A stretch of DNA of 35,937 bases from an uncultured Clostridia bacterium (GTDB lineage Bacteria; Bacillota; Clostridia; TANB77; CAG-508): contig CALXKR010000001.1 of NCBI GenBank assembly GCA_944388895.1, positions 1-35,937 on the forward strand. Direction: 5' to 3'. Positions 7,182-17,326 of this stretch are shown piece by piece. Each line of letters starts with the position of its first letter. The first letter of the stretch is position 1. Under the pieces are notes generated by a model. The model made no database searches. It was not told the DNA's origin and was given only the letters and a program-made list of their open reading frames with translations. Made by a program: the position numbers and the translations under genes.

Positions 7182-8381
7182 CTAGTCCTCCCTCTTTAGA
7201 AAATAAATTGTGTCCATAGTTACTTGTTTAGCAATTTCTATAATTTGTTCTTTAGTAATATTTTTTAGTTTCATAATATAATCTTGTACTGTTAAATTTT
7301 CTTCAAATAGTGATTGATCAAAATAAAATGCAATCATATCTTCTGCAGACTCTGGTATTAAGCTTATAGATGAAATTAATAATTCTTTTGCTGCATCAAA
7401 TTCTTCATCACTAATATTTCCATTTTTCATTTCTTCTAACTGTTTTTTTATAATATTTAAAGTTTTTTCATAGTTTGCTATTTCTATTCCTGTTTTTATT
7501 AATATTGTATTTTGTCTTCTAATATATGAAGAGCTTGCTGAATAAGCTAAACTTTCCTTTTCTCTAACATTTTGGAATAATTTAGAATTTGCTCCTCCAC
7601 CAAGAACAGTATTAAATAAAGAAACTGCCATTTTATTTGTATTTGGAGCATTTAATCCAATTATTAATTTACCTTGAGTTACATCCAAGTTTTCCTTTAC
7701 TATTTTAGTTTTTCCTGTTTTAAAATGCTTAATGTCTATTTTTTCTAGTAAATTTGTTTTTATGTTTGGTATTTTTATGTTTTCTATATTTTCTCCCAAT
7801 ATAAATAGGTCTACTTTAGATTCTTTTATTATTTTTTTATAATAATCATATAAGTTTTTTTCGTCAATGTTTTTTAAATCTTCTATATTACCATATTTAT
7901 ATAATGAATATGGTTCACCATCAAACATTTCTTCAATAAGTCTTTCTATAGCATAAGAAGCTTTATTGTCTTTTCTTGAAAGTAACATTTTAGAAAGGTT
8001 TTCTTTTTCCTGTTCTACATACTCTTTTTTGAAAGCTTCATTTTCAATTAAAGGATTAAATATTATTTCAAGTAATAGGTCTATTCCATCTTGTAAGTTA
8101 TTTTCATTATTTAAAACATACTTATTATCTAATGTTTCTAAGTAAAATTTAAGTACATGATAATTTCCTATTTTATCTACTCCACAGTTAAACCCTGCTC
8201 CATACATTTCTTCTAATTTTTTTGAAATATCTTCTTGAGTAGTTAAATTTTTCGTTCCTCTCCTTAAAACAGATACTAATAATGCATTTTTAGTTACAGT
8301 TTCTTTTTTTAGAGGTAATGTTAAAAATACTGAGCATAAATTTGTTTTAAATTTATTTGTTTGAAGTTTTGTAATTTCCAT
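7182..8381 (-). CDS. M16 family peptidase-like protein without the HxxEH motif (probable non-catalytic partner)
   Basis: 399 aa. Similar length and layout to its neighbour, but I find no HxxEH. The tandem arrangement resembles YmfF/YmfH-type pairs. Confidence 0.7.
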   Translation of the reverse strand: MEITKLQTNKFKTNLCSVFLTLPLKKETVTKNALLVSVLRRGTKNLTTQEDISKKLEEMYGAGFNCGVDKIGNYHVLKFYLETLDNKYVLNNENNLQDGIDLLLEIIFNPLIENEAFKKEYVEQEKENLSKMLLSRKDNKASYAIERLIEEMFDGEPYSLYKYGNIEDLKNIDEKNLYDYYKKIIKESKVDLFILGENIENIKIPNIKTNLLEKIDIKHFKTGKTKIVKENLDVTQGKLIIGLNAPNTNKMAVSLFNTVLGGGANSKLFQNVREKESLAYSASSSYIRRQNTILIKTGIEIANYEKTLNIIKKQLEEMKNGNISDEEFDAAKELLISSISLIPESAEDMIAFYFDQSLFEENLTVQDYIMKLKNITKEQIIEIAKQVTMDTIYFLKRED

Positions 8382-8391
8382 TCTTTCCTCC

Positions 8392-9849
8392 TTAGTCTAT
8401 GGTTTGATAAATATCAAAATTTTCTATTTTTCCAATATACTTCATATTTTCTTTTATGTACGTTATTGATTTATCTGAAATTTGAAAAATTTCATTTTTT
8501 TCATCGCTTAATAAAAGAATTTGAGTATTTTTCAATTTTTTTATTTTTTCAAGCAAACCTTTTTCTCCATCTTTACCTAGGTTTCCCTTAAAAGGCCAAT
8601 CATATACGTTATTGTCCAAATCATTCAACGTTAAAGAATAAAATGGTGCATATGTTGAAAAAACAATTGTGTCCTTATTATTATTTTTTATATATTGACT
8701 TACAGTTTCAATTTCTTTTTGTAATTGTTCTTCTATTATTGAACCATAAAAAATTGATGTAGTTTGCATTTGTTTAATATAATTATAAAATCCTAAAGTG
8801 CTTATTATTATCATATATATTGATATTATTAGTATTGCCACTTTTAAGATTATTTTTTGCATTTTTTTCTCTATTATTGGATATACTAAATAGTGTAAAT
8901 CATATGCGACATTAATTAAAAGGCAAATGCATGCCAATTTTAAGTGATAGACATTAAAGATTGGCACTAATAGTATTAATGAACATAGTGAAAATATTAA
9001 CAATATAGTTAATTCTTTTCTTACTTTTTTGCTTTTTTCAATTTTTATTATCACATTATATAACAAAATTGTAATAATTGTGAAGAAAATAAATATACTG
9101 CCTGGTAGCAAAATATTTTTACTAAATACAGTGTTTTCATTTCTAAATTCTGATATTCCAAGCATAGTATAGTTTATAAAATTATATAAATTATTTTGTA
9201 TTAACAAATGCAATAAAAAAAATGTAGTTAATATACCTGCTATAAATAATTGTTTAATTAGTGCTTTTATATTCTTATTATATATTTGGAAAACTGTCAT
9301 GGCTAATAAATATCCTGCTGCTAGTTTTTGATTACTAATAAAAACTAAAAAAAGTATAATTCCTTGAAATATATTTTTATGCCTATCTTCTTCATTTTTT
9401 AAGTTAAATAATAATCCAAGTTCGAAAAAAATATAAGCAAGTACATTATAATTTGCTCCTGCTTGGGCAATTTCAGATGTAAAAAGCATAATTAGTAAAG
9501 TATATAATAAAGATGCTTGTTTAGTTATTTTTAATGTTTTTAATATTTTATAGCATAACACATATAGTATAGTCATTAATATTAGATTATATACTCTATA
9601 AACTAAGAAATTACTGCCTAATATACCAAGAAATATTTTTCCTATATAAAAAAATAGCGGAGTTATAATTACATTGGTATCTTTATATATAGTTAAGCCA
9701 TTTGCCATTTTATAGGTATTTAAAAAATTTATTAGTTCGTCATTATTTGTTAAAAATATATTAAATACATTTGAGAGTAGTATTATAGCTATTAGCATTG
9801 TTATTAGTAATATATCATGTTTTTTTAAACTTTGAATTGCTTTTTTCAT
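8392..9849 (-). CDS. Polytopic membrane protein, possible GT-C fold (GT39/ArnT-like) glycosyltransferase
   Basis: 485 aa with about 11-12 hydrophobic helices, an acidic DE pair in the first loop (TNNDELINF) and a C-terminal soluble domain of about 110 aa. No clear SD precedes the ATG at 9849. Function is tentative. Confidence 0.45.
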   Translation of the reverse strand: MKKAIQSLKKHDILLITMLIAIILLSNVFNIFLTNNDELINFLNTYKMANGLTIYKDTNVIITPLFFYIGKIFLGILGSNFLVYRVYNLILMTILYVLCYKILKTLKITKQASLLYTLLIMLFTSEIAQAGANYNVLAYIFFELGLLFNLKNEEDRHKNIFQGIILFLVFISNQKLAAGYLLAMTVFQIYNKNIKALIKQLFIAGILTTFFLLHLLIQNNLYNFINYTMLGISEFRNENTVFSKNILLPGSIFIFFTIITILLYNVIIKIEKSKKVRKELTILLIFSLCSLILLVPIFNVYHLKLACICLLINVAYDLHYLVYPIIEKKMQKIILKVAILIISIYMIIISTLGFYNYIKQMQTTSIFYGSIIEEQLQKEIETVSQYIKNNNKDTIVFSTYAPFYSLTLNDLDNNVYDWPFKGNLGKDGEKGLLEKIKKLKNTQILLLSDEKNEIFQISDKSITYIKENMKYIGKIENFDIYQTID

Positions 9850-9850
9850 A

Positions 9851-9877
9851 ACAAAATAAGGGCGTATATAACGCCCT
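9851..9877 (-). terminator. Rho-independent terminator after rpsU
   Basis: 7-bp GC-rich stem AGGGCGT / ACGCCCT (9859-9865 / 9871-9877) with loop ATATA. On the minus strand it is followed by TATTTTGTT. Confidence 0.7.
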
Positions 9878-9885
9878 CCTTTCTC

Positions 9886-10056
9886 TTAGAATTTTCTTTT
9901 TCTAGCTGCCTCTGACTTTTTCTTTCTTTTTACACTAGGTTTTTCATAGCATTCTCTTTTACGTACCTCTTGTAAAACACCATTTCTAGCACATTGCCTT
10001 TTAAATCTTTTTAAGGCATCTTCTATATTTCCATTATTAACTTTTACCTCTGACAT
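9886..10056 (-). CDS. rpsU: 30S ribosomal protein S21 (56 aa); too short for the ORF track
   Basis: My translation is [56 protein letters not shown]. It carries the conserved S21 core RFKR...G...E.R.R..YEKPS.KRK. SD is GGAAGGAGGGG. Confidence 0.9.
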   Translation of the reverse strand: MSEVKVNNGNIEDALKRFKRQCARNGVLQEVRKRECYEKPSVKRKKKSEAARKRKF

Positions 10057-10127
10057 TAATATCCCCTCCTTCCAGTGATTACAACTATTGTATGGGTTTT
10101 TGGGATATCTCCCTAAAATACCTATTT

Positions 10128-10157
10128 ATTATACATTATTTGGTATAGTATTGTCAA
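10128..10157 (-). promoter_or_regulatory. Sigma-A promoter for rpsU
   Basis: Minus strand: TTGACA (10157-10152), 18-nt spacer, TATAAT (10133-10128). Leader of about 70 nt. Confidence 0.55.
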
Positions 10158-10176
10158 TACTTTAAATTTATATTTT

Positions 10177-10680
10177 TTAAAAGTTTACTTCTACTATTTT
10201 ATTTTCTTGTAAGCATTTAGGTATGTCTAAGACTCTTTGGTTACTTGAACCTCTAAACATTAATTCAGGATCTTTCTTTTCTTCTACAAATCGACCATCA
10301 ACTAAAACATCTATATTATTTAAAAGTTCATTTGTTGTACTATCATTTCTATTTTTTAATTCTTCGTATGTATATCCAGTATAGCACCATACATTTAAGT
10401 TTGGCTTTTCCTCTTTTAATCTTTTTACAAAGTGTAATTCGTCTTTTATATTTTGAGGGCATAGAGGTTCTCCTCCACTTAATGTTACTCCTTTAATAAT
10501 AGAGTTTTCTTTTATTTTATTTATTATTTCATCTTCTTTAAAGTCTTCTCCATAATTAAAGTCTTGTGCTTCTAAATTTTGACAATTTGGGCAGTGGTGT
10601 GGGCAGCCACTACAAAACAGTACTGCTCTCCAACCTAATCCATTTGATATACTTTCATCATAAAATCCTGCCATTTTCAT
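10177..10680 (-). CDS. nrdG: Anaerobic ribonucleoside-triphosphate reductase activating protein (radical SAM)
   Basis: 167 aa. Cluster motif CPHHCPNC (CxxxCxxC). Starts 5 nt downstream of nrdD. Confidence 0.9.
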   Translation of the reverse strand: MKMAGFYDESISNGLGWRAVLFCSGCPHHCPNCQNLEAQDFNYGEDFKEDEIINKIKENSIIKGVTLSGGEPLCPQNIKDELHFVKRLKEEKPNLNVWCYTGYTYEELKNRNDSTTNELLNNIDVLVDGRFVEEKKDPELMFRGSSNQRVLDIPKCLQENKIVEVNF

Positions 10681-10685
10681 GTATA

Positions 10686-12974
10686 TTACGCTCCTTTTAT
10701 TCCTGTGTTATGTGTTACTCTATCGTGTAATTCTGCTAGTTTTGCATTATTCCATCTATTTGTTGTTCCAACTAAATATCCTGTTATTCTTTGAATTGTG
10801 TCTATTTCTTCGCTTCCACATTTTGGACATTTATGTAAATCTGCATCTGAATTTTCAAATCCACAATTCATACATCTTGATCTTGTATGGTTTACACTTC
10901 CATATCCCATATTATATTTATCCATTAAATCTACTACGGCTTCAATTGTTTCAGGATTTTTTGTAGCATCTCCATCAAGTTCTATATAGAAAATATGTCC
11001 TCCACCTGTTAATGCATGGTATGGAGCTTCTATTTTAGCTTTTTGTTCTGCTGTGCATTTATACCATACTGGAACATGATTTGAATTTGTATAGTATTCT
11101 CTATCTGTAACTCCTAATATTGTTCCGTATTTTTTTCTATCAATTCTTGTAAATCTTCCTGATAATCCTTCTGCTGGTGTAGCTAATACGCTGTAATTTA
11201 AGTCGTATTTATCTGAATATTCTCCTGCTAATTCTTTTAATCTTCCTACTATTTCTAGACCGAATTTTTGAGCTTCTTCAGTTTCTGCATGATGTTTACC
11301 AATTAAAGCTGTTAAACATTCCGCTAACCCTATAAATCCTATTCCTAAAGTTCCTTGTTTTAATACTGGTTCTACTGAATCAGTTGGGCCTAATTTTTCA
11401 CTGCCTTCCCACATTCCAGCCATTAATAGTGGGAATTGTTTTGCAATAGCTGTACATTGGAATCTATATCTTTCATATAATTGTTTTGCTGTAATATTAG
11501 CATATTCTTCTAATTTGTCCATAAAGATTTTTTTAACAGTTTTTTTGTATTTTTCAGTCATTTTTTCATCGCTACCTCTACCTAGGTCAAATTTTAATCC
11601 TGTTTTTTCTTGAGCTTCTAATGCTGATTCTATTGCTAATCCTGGTAAATTAATTGTAGTAAATGATAAATTTCCTCTTCCTACAGATGTTTTTTCTCCA
11701 TGTCTATTTTCGAATACTCTAGTTCTACAACCCATTGTAGCACATTCATAATAATATCTATGTGGATCATCTTTATTCCATTTTTCATTTTGATTGAAAG
11801 TTGCATCTAAGTTAATGAAGTTAGGGAAAAATCTTTTTGCTGTTACTTTACATGCAAATTTGTATAAATCATAATTTGGATCTTCTGGAAGATAGTTTAC
11901 TCCTCTTTTCTTTTTCCAAATTTGTATAGGGAATATTGCTGTTTCTCCATTTCCTACACCTTCATAAGTTGATTCAAGCATTTCTCTTATTATGCATCTT
12001 CCTTCTGGAGAAGTATCTGTACCATAGTTTATTGAACTAAATACAACTTGGTTTCCTCCTCTTGAATGAATTGTATTCATATTATGTATAAATGCTTCCA
12101 TTGCTTGATGAACTCTATTTACTGTATTGTTTATTGCTGCTTGAATATCTCTTTCTTCATCTTTTAAGCCTTTTAATTCTTTTTTGATATAATCTTTTGG
12201 CTGATAATTATATAGTTTAGATAAATCTTTATCTAATAATCCTTCTATTTTTTTGATTTCTTCTAAAAATGTTTTTTTAACATATGGTGCTAAATAAAAA
12301 TCAAATGCTGGTATTGCTTGTCCTCCATGCATTTCATTTTGCACTGTTTCCATTGAAATACATCCAATTATACTTGCTGTTTCTATTCTTTTTGCTGGTC
12401 TAGAAGAACCATGTCCTGCTCTAAAACCATTTTCTAAAATTTTATCTAGAGGATGTTGCAAACAAGTTAAAGATTTTGTTGGATAATAGTCTTTATCATG
12501 AATGTGAATATATCCATCCTTTACTGCTTGTCTAACTTCTGGTGAAAGTAAAAAATCATCAACGAATGGTTTAGTTGTTTCTGAAGCAAATTTCATCATC
12601 ATTCCAGCTGGTGTATCTGCATTCATATTTGCATTTTCTCTTGTTATATCATTAGCTTTTGCTCCAATAATATCTAAAAATACTTCCTTTGTTTTTGATT
12701 TTCTTGCTACATCTCTATTATATCTATATGTAATGTAACTTTTAGCAACTTCTTTTCTTGAAGAACCCATTAATTTATTTTCTACTAAATCTTGTATTTC
12801 ATATACAGAAGTTTGTCCTTTATTTTCTATTTGTTTTTCTACATCATTTGCCACTTTGTTAGCTAGGTCTATATCTACTCCTCCTTGAGTTTGTGCCATT
12901 GCTAAAGTTATTGCTTTAACTATTCTTTCTTTGTTAAAATCTACTACTCTTCCATCTCTTTTTATTACTTGCAT
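10686..12974 (-). CDS. nrdD: Anaerobic (class III) ribonucleoside-triphosphate reductase
   Basis: N-terminal ATP-cone (VIKRDGRVVDFNKERI). C-terminal zinc site CMNCGF...CPKCGS and glycyl-radical motif RITGYLVG. I place the start at the ATG 12974-12972 because the TTG at 12989 used by the track overlaps the SD (TTGGAGGAACAAAAAATG). Confidence 0.93.
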   Translation of the reverse strand: MQVIKRDGRVVDFNKERIVKAITLAMAQTQGGVDIDLANKVANDVEKQIENKGQTSVYEIQDLVENKLMGSSRKEVAKSYITYRYNRDVARKSKTKEVFLDIIGAKANDITRENANMNADTPAGMMMKFASETTKPFVDDFLLSPEVRQAVKDGYIHIHDKDYYPTKSLTCLQHPLDKILENGFRAGHGSSRPAKRIETASIIGCISMETVQNEMHGGQAIPAFDFYLAPYVKKTFLEEIKKIEGLLDKDLSKLYNYQPKDYIKKELKGLKDEERDIQAAINNTVNRVHQAMEAFIHNMNTIHSRGGNQVVFSSINYGTDTSPEGRCIIREMLESTYEGVGNGETAIFPIQIWKKKRGVNYLPEDPNYDLYKFACKVTAKRFFPNFINLDATFNQNEKWNKDDPHRYYYECATMGCRTRVFENRHGEKTSVGRGNLSFTTINLPGLAIESALEAQEKTGLKFDLGRGSDEKMTEKYKKTVKKIFMDKLEEYANITAKQLYERYRFQCTAIAKQFPLLMAGMWEGSEKLGPTDSVEPVLKQGTLGIGFIGLAECLTALIGKHHAETEEAQKFGLEIVGRLKELAGEYSDKYDLNYSVLATPAEGLSGRFTRIDRKKYGTILGVTDREYYTNSNHVPVWYKCTAEQKAKIEAPYHALTGGGHIFYIELDGDATKNPETIEAVVDLMDKYNMGYGSVNHTRSRCMNCGFENSDADLHKCPKCGSEEIDTIQRITGYLVGTTNRWNNAKLAELHDRVTHNTGIKGA

Positions 12975-13078
12975 TTTTTGTTCCTCCAATTCTGCATTTA
13001 AAATTCAGATTTTTTCAAAAATGATTTTTTCAAAATTTTCATTTTTTATGTAATCTTTTTCTTCTTAAGTGCAAACTT

Positions 13079-13107
13079 ATATTACTATTAAAAAATTAAA
13101 ATGTCAA
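13079..13107 (-). promoter_or_regulatory. Sigma-A promoter for nrdDG
   Basis: Minus strand: TTGACA (13107-13102), 17-nt spacer, TAATAT (13084-13079). Leader of about 100 nt. Confidence 0.5.
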
Positions 13108-13290
13108 TACATTTTTAAATATTCAATATGTTCATTTGTTATGTTTATTTAGTCAGTTTTTATTTATTTTTCAGTACTTTCCGTTTTATTGTCTTTTTGT
13201 CGTTTTTTGTATTTTTTTCTTGTTTCCTTAGTTGTATTCTATGTTTTAAGGATTTATTTTATTTTTTTGAATTATTTTATTTTTTGTTTT

Positions 13291-13339
13291 AAAAAAGAGT
13301 ATTTTCGAAAAATGATTTTTTCAAAAATACTCTTTTTTT
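13291..13339 (-). terminator. Rho-independent terminator after the sortase gene
   Basis: Long AT-rich hairpin GAGTATTTTCGAAAAA-TGA-TTTTTTCAAAAATACTC with one bulge, flanked by A6 and T7 runs. It touches the stop codon at 13338-13340. Confidence 0.7.
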
Positions 13340-14057
13340 ATTTTTCTCTTGCCTTAACAACTAATCGTTGTTGTCCATAATTCGTGCAAGTAATTAATGT
13401 TATTTCTCTTTGTCCATTCGTAAGTTGGCTAGTACAACTTACATCTGTAGGCTCTACAACATATTTGTTATATACTGAATAAGTTACTGTTTCTCCATTT
13501 AAATCTTTTAAATTTATTTCATCTCCTATTTCTGCTGAACTTAATTTTCCAAACATTTTTCCATTTTTATAATTATGCCCTACAATAACATAATTTCCTA
13601 CTTTATTAGGATTTGGTCCCCAATACTTACAAAGTGATATTTTTAATAATTCATCTGTTTCTTCAGATAATACCGGATAATTAATTCCTAACTTTGGATA
13701 ATCCAGTATAGCTTCAGTAGTATAACTTTGTCCATTAGCTGTAATTTCAGAATTTATTGTATTAGATGTTGTACTCGGAAGATCTATTATTGGGATTTCT
13801 TCATTTTCTTCATTATCATTATCTAAAGCTACAACAATAACTCTTTCTTCAACAGTAGTATTATCTCCATTCATTTGGGTTAATATTTCTCTAGAAATCT
13901 GTTCTTTTTGATTTTTATCATATTCTGCAACTACATAATAGCCAGCAAGAATTATAACTAATATAAGACATAAAATAAATATTATTTTATACACTTTACG
14001 TTTTTTTCGCATTTCTTGTGTAACATATATTTTTTCTGAAACCAATATTTGGTTCAT
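13338..14057 (-). CDS. Sortase family transpeptidase
   Basis: 239 aa. N-terminal TM anchor, catalytic His context VIVGHN, TLxTC motif (ITLITCT), downstream Arg (RLVVKA). Confidence 0.85.
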   Translation of the reverse strand: MNQILVSEKIYVTQEMRKKRKVYKIIFILCLILVIILAGYYVVAEYDKNQKEQISREILTQMNGDNTTVEERVIVVALDNDNEENEEIPIIDLPSTTSNTINSEITANGQSYTTEAILDYPKLGINYPVLSEETDELLKISLCKYWGPNPNKVGNYVIVGHNYKNGKMFGKLSSAEIGDEINLKDLNGETVTYSVYNKYVVEPTDVSCTSQLTNGQREITLITCTNYGQQRLVVKAREK

Positions 14058-14067
14058 ATAGTCCTCC

Positions 14068-14871
14068 TTATAATTTATTAGCTAATTGGGCATATTGTTC
14101 TAATGTTAATGTTTCTCCTCTTACATTTTCATTTATATTTAGTTCTCTTAATATTTCTTTTAGTCTTTCTTTATCAACTACTGTTGATAAAGAATTAATT
14201 AAAGTTTTTCGTCTTTGATTAAAATTTGCTCTTATAATTTCAAAAAACATAGTTTCATTTTTTACTTCAACTAGTTTATTTTCTCTTATTTTAAGTTTTA
14301 CTATACTAGATTCTACTTCTGGATTTGGTATAAAAGCTTCTTTTGACACATTTCCAACAATTTCTGCATTAGCATAGTAATTTACAAAATATGTTATTGC
14401 TCCTGCTTTTTTGCTTCCTGGAATAGCACAAATTCTTTCAGCAACTTCTTTTTGTATTAAAACAGTTATGTCTTTAATATTTGTTTTTAATAATTTTGTT
14501 ATAATTGAAGTTGTTATATAATATGGCAAATTTGCAACGACCTTCGCTTTTGGCGCAATTTTATCTATATCAACGTTTAATATATCTTCATGTATAATTT
14601 CTACATTATTATACAATTTAAAGCGTTCATTTAATATTGCTATCATTTTATCATCTAATTCAACTGCAATAACTTTTTCTGCTTTTTCTGCCAAAATAGC
14701 TGTAAGAGTTCCTAATCCAGGTCCTATTTCTATTATAGTATCTTGTTCATTTACTCCACTTGCAATTAGGTTCAAAGCTTCCTCATCAAAGAGAAAGTTT
14801 TGTCCTAATTTTTTGTTTGGGTGAACGTTATATTTGTTCATAATATATTTTGTTTCTTCAAATACATTCAT
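14068..14871 (-). CDS. rsmA: 16S rRNA (adenine1518/1519-N6)-dimethyltransferase
   Basis: 267 aa. KKLGQNFL near the N-terminus, SAM-binding EIGPGLG, and the NLPYYI motif. Confidence 0.9.
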   Translation of the reverse strand: MNVFEETKYIMNKYNVHPNKKLGQNFLFDEEALNLIASGVNEQDTIIEIGPGLGTLTAILAEKAEKVIAVELDDKMIAILNERFKLYNNVEIIHEDILNVDIDKIAPKAKVVANLPYYITTSIITKLLKTNIKDITVLIQKEVAERICAIPGSKKAGAITYFVNYYANAEIVGNVSKEAFIPNPEVESSIVKLKIRENKLVEVKNETMFFEIIRANFNQRRKTLINSLSTVVDKERLKEILRELNINENVRGETLTLEQYAQLANKL

Positions 14872-14889
14872 TTTATTATTCCTTTACCT

Positions 14890-17145
14890 TTAACGTTGTG
14901 TTGTAGATGTTTTTTCTTGTAAAGTAACATTTATTACTGTTCCTTCATCTACAGAAGTTCCTGCTTGTGGATCTTGTGCTATTACAATTCCACTTCCAGT
15001 ACTAGCAATATTTAAATTTTTTGCTTTAAGCATAATTTTAGCCTGTTCAAAAGTAACTCCTTTAAGATCTGGTACACTTTGTGAAACTCTGTCATCATTT
15101 CCTTCTTTATATAGTTTTACTATTCCTCCAGGAGTAAGTTGAGTTCCTTTAGGTGGTACTTGCTCTTTAACAATATCGTCTGCAGATGCATTTGTATTAT
15201 ATTCTAATCCAGCTTGCTGTAACATTTTTTGAGCCTCTGCAACAGTTTTATTGGTTACATCTGGTGTGCTAATAGTTTCTGTAGAAGAAGTAGATACTTC
15301 ATTTGATGGTATATCTAAATATGGCAACACTTCTGATAATATTTGTGATACAGCTGGTGCTGCAATACTTCCGCCATAGTAGTCAGATGTTTGTGGAGCA
15401 TATAAAGTAAGTAAAACGACTAGTTCTGTATTTTCTACTGGTGCTATGGCAACAAAAGATGCTACATACCCATTTTCTGGATGGTTAGGATCAGGCTCAG
15501 ATGTTCCTGTTTTTCCACCAATTGTATATCCTTTTACTTGTGCATACTTTCCTCCACCTTCTTCTACAACGTCTTTCATTATATCTTTCATTTTGTCAGC
15601 AGTTTCTTTTGATACCACTTGTCTAACTTCTTTTGTTTCTATATTAGTTATGTTTCCTGTATCTGGGTTTTCTATTTGTTTAACAACATGAGGAACTACC
15701 ATTTTTCCATCGTTCGCAATACTAGATATAGCTGTTATTAATTGTAAAGGAGTTATTGTAAATCTTTGACCAAAAGACATTGTTGCAAGTTCAACTGGTC
15801 CTACATTTTCTTTTGCCCAAAAGCCACTTGCTCCTTCACTAGGTAAATCAACTCCAGTTTTATCAAAAAGTCCAAAAGCTTCTAAATACTTATAAAAAGT
15901 ATCAACTCCTATTCTTTGTCCTAATTGAATTAATGCAGGGTTGCAAGAATTTTCCAAGGCATTTCTAAGAGTTTGCTTGCCATGTCCTGATGTTGCTGTA
16001 CATTTTATTTTTCTATCAGCTACTTCTTCATATCCTGAACAGAAAAAATCGTTTTCTGTATCGGTTTCTACAACATTTTCTTCTAGACCTATTGCTGCGG
16101 TTAATACTTTAAATGTTGATCCTGGCTCATAGGTATCTAAAACTGCTCTATTTCTCCACATTGAGTATAATGTATTTGTTTTTTCTTGTTCAGAAAGATT
16201 ATCCCATCCATCACTGTACCATTCTGTTGGAGTATATGGATCATTTAAATTATAATCAGGATATGTTGCCATAGCTAAAATGTCTCCATCCTTTGGATCC
16301 ATAATTATAACATTTCCACCACGTTCACATTTATTTTCTTCAACTGCTTGTTTTAAATATTTTTCTGCTATAGTTTGAATATTTGAATCAATAGTAAGAT
16401 AAATATTGCTTCCGTTTTCTGGAGCTATATATTCTTCATTTTTGTCTGGAATCGCATCCTGTGTAACATCTATTGCTGTTGTAAGTTTTCCAGATGTTCC
16501 TTTTAATACATCATCATAACTTAGTTCTATTCCATCTAGTCCTTGGTTATTGCTTCCGCAAAAGCCTATAACATTTGAGGCCAAATTATTATATGGATAA
16601 TATCTTTTTACATCTGCATCTATATTTACTCCTGATGTAACCTTATTTTCTGTAAGCCAAGTTCTTAGCTCCTCAACTTTATCTGTTTCTACTTTTGATG
16701 CTATTGTTTCAACACTATTAGAACTGATTAATTTTTGGTATACATCATCACTGTTTAAATCAAATATTTCTGCAAAAGCATTTGACATATTTCTTTTTAA
16801 TTCTTCTGTTGCTTGTTCATTAGTCTGTCCATTTTTTCCTTTTGCTTTTATATAACTAGGATTTACAGATATAGTGTCAACTTCAACACTAATTGCTAAA
16901 GCCTTTCCTGTTGAATCATAAATTGTTCCTCTTTTTGCACTTATTAAAGAACTAGAAGTAGATTGGCTATATTCTTTTTCTTTTAGCCAGTCACCATCTA
17001 CAAATTGTAGCCATGCAACTCTAGATAAAAGTATTACAAATACAAGCAATAATGTAATAACTAATCCTAAATATTTTTTTAATGATATTTTTCTATTTAT
17101 AGGTATAATTTTACTTTTTTTAACTTTTTCAAATTTTTTTGACAT
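14890..17145 (-). CDS. Class B penicillin-binding protein (FtsI/PBP2B/SpoVD type) with two C-terminal PASTA domains
   Basis: Motifs STFK, SCN (SxN) and KTGT are present. There are two PASTA-like repeats near the C-terminus. I prefer the ATG at 17145 (SD AAGGAAG, MSKKFEKV...) over the TTG at 17175 used by the track. Confidence 0.9.
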   Translation of the reverse strand: MSKKFEKVKKSKIIPINRKISLKKYLGLVITLLLVFVILLSRVAWLQFVDGDWLKEKEYSQSTSSSLISAKRGTIYDSTGKALAISVEVDTISVNPSYIKAKGKNGQTNEQATEELKRNMSNAFAEIFDLNSDDVYQKLISSNSVETIASKVETDKVEELRTWLTENKVTSGVNIDADVKRYYPYNNLASNVIGFCGSNNQGLDGIELSYDDVLKGTSGKLTTAIDVTQDAIPDKNEEYIAPENGSNIYLTIDSNIQTIAEKYLKQAVEENKCERGGNVIIMDPKDGDILAMATYPDYNLNDPYTPTEWYSDGWDNLSEQEKTNTLYSMWRNRAVLDTYEPGSTFKVLTAAIGLEENVVETDTENDFFCSGYEEVADRKIKCTATSGHGKQTLRNALENSCNPALIQLGQRIGVDTFYKYLEAFGLFDKTGVDLPSEGASGFWAKENVGPVELATMSFGQRFTITPLQLITAISSIANDGKMVVPHVVKQIENPDTGNITNIETKEVRQVVSKETADKMKDIMKDVVEEGGGKYAQVKGYTIGGKTGTSEPDPNHPENGYVASFVAIAPVENTELVVLLTLYAPQTSDYYGGSIAAPAVSQILSEVLPYLDIPSNEVSTSSTETISTPDVTNKTVAEAQKMLQQAGLEYNTNASADDIVKEQVPPKGTQLTPGGIVKLYKEGNDDRVSQSVPDLKGVTFEQAKIMLKAKNLNIASTGSGIVIAQDPQAGTSVDEGTVINVTLQEKTSTTQR

Positions 17146-17276
17146 AATTTCTTCCTTTATCTTATAGTTATACAATTATATTTTATATTATATTAGGATA
17201 AAAATCAAGAAAATTTGATTAGTTTTTATGTAACTTTTTTCTAATACTATTTTAAATTTTTTAGTTGTGTAATTTT

Positions 17277-17318
17277 AAAAAACCTACATGTTTTTAAATT
17301 AAAACATGTAGGTTTTTT
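17277..17318 (-). terminator. Rho-independent terminator after ftsH
   Basis: 14-bp perfect stem AACCTACATGTTTT / AAAACATGTAGGTT (17281-17294 / 17301-17314) flanked by A and T runs. Confidence 0.8.
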
Positions 17319-17326
17319 AATTTTAT

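Noticed and set aside
12975-12989. The five-codon N-terminal extension of NrdD (TTG start at 12989) used by the ORF track.
   Set aside because: The TTG overlaps the GGAGG Shine-Dalgarno, which is correctly spaced for the ATG at 12974. MQVIKRDGR is the canonical ATP-cone start.
13008-13035. The tandem 13-nt repeats considered as a CRISPR or minisatellite array.
   Set aside because: There are only two tandem copies with a 2-nt spacer plus one distant copy. The repeats are far too short and there are no spacers. They are reported only as a possible regulatory motif.
12990-13337. An NrdR box pair or a cobalamin riboswitch in the long nrdD upstream region.
   Set aside because: I could not find a 16-bp acaCwAtATaTwGtgt-like palindrome pair. 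The region is far too AT-rich and unstructured to hold a B12 riboswitch core.
17146-17175. The ten-codon extension of the PBP (TTG at 17175). Similarly, the GTG at 24351 for gdpP.
   Set aside because: Internal ATGs at 17145 and 24330 are preceded by better SD sequences, while the upstream alternatives have none. The boundaries remain uncertain by a few codons.
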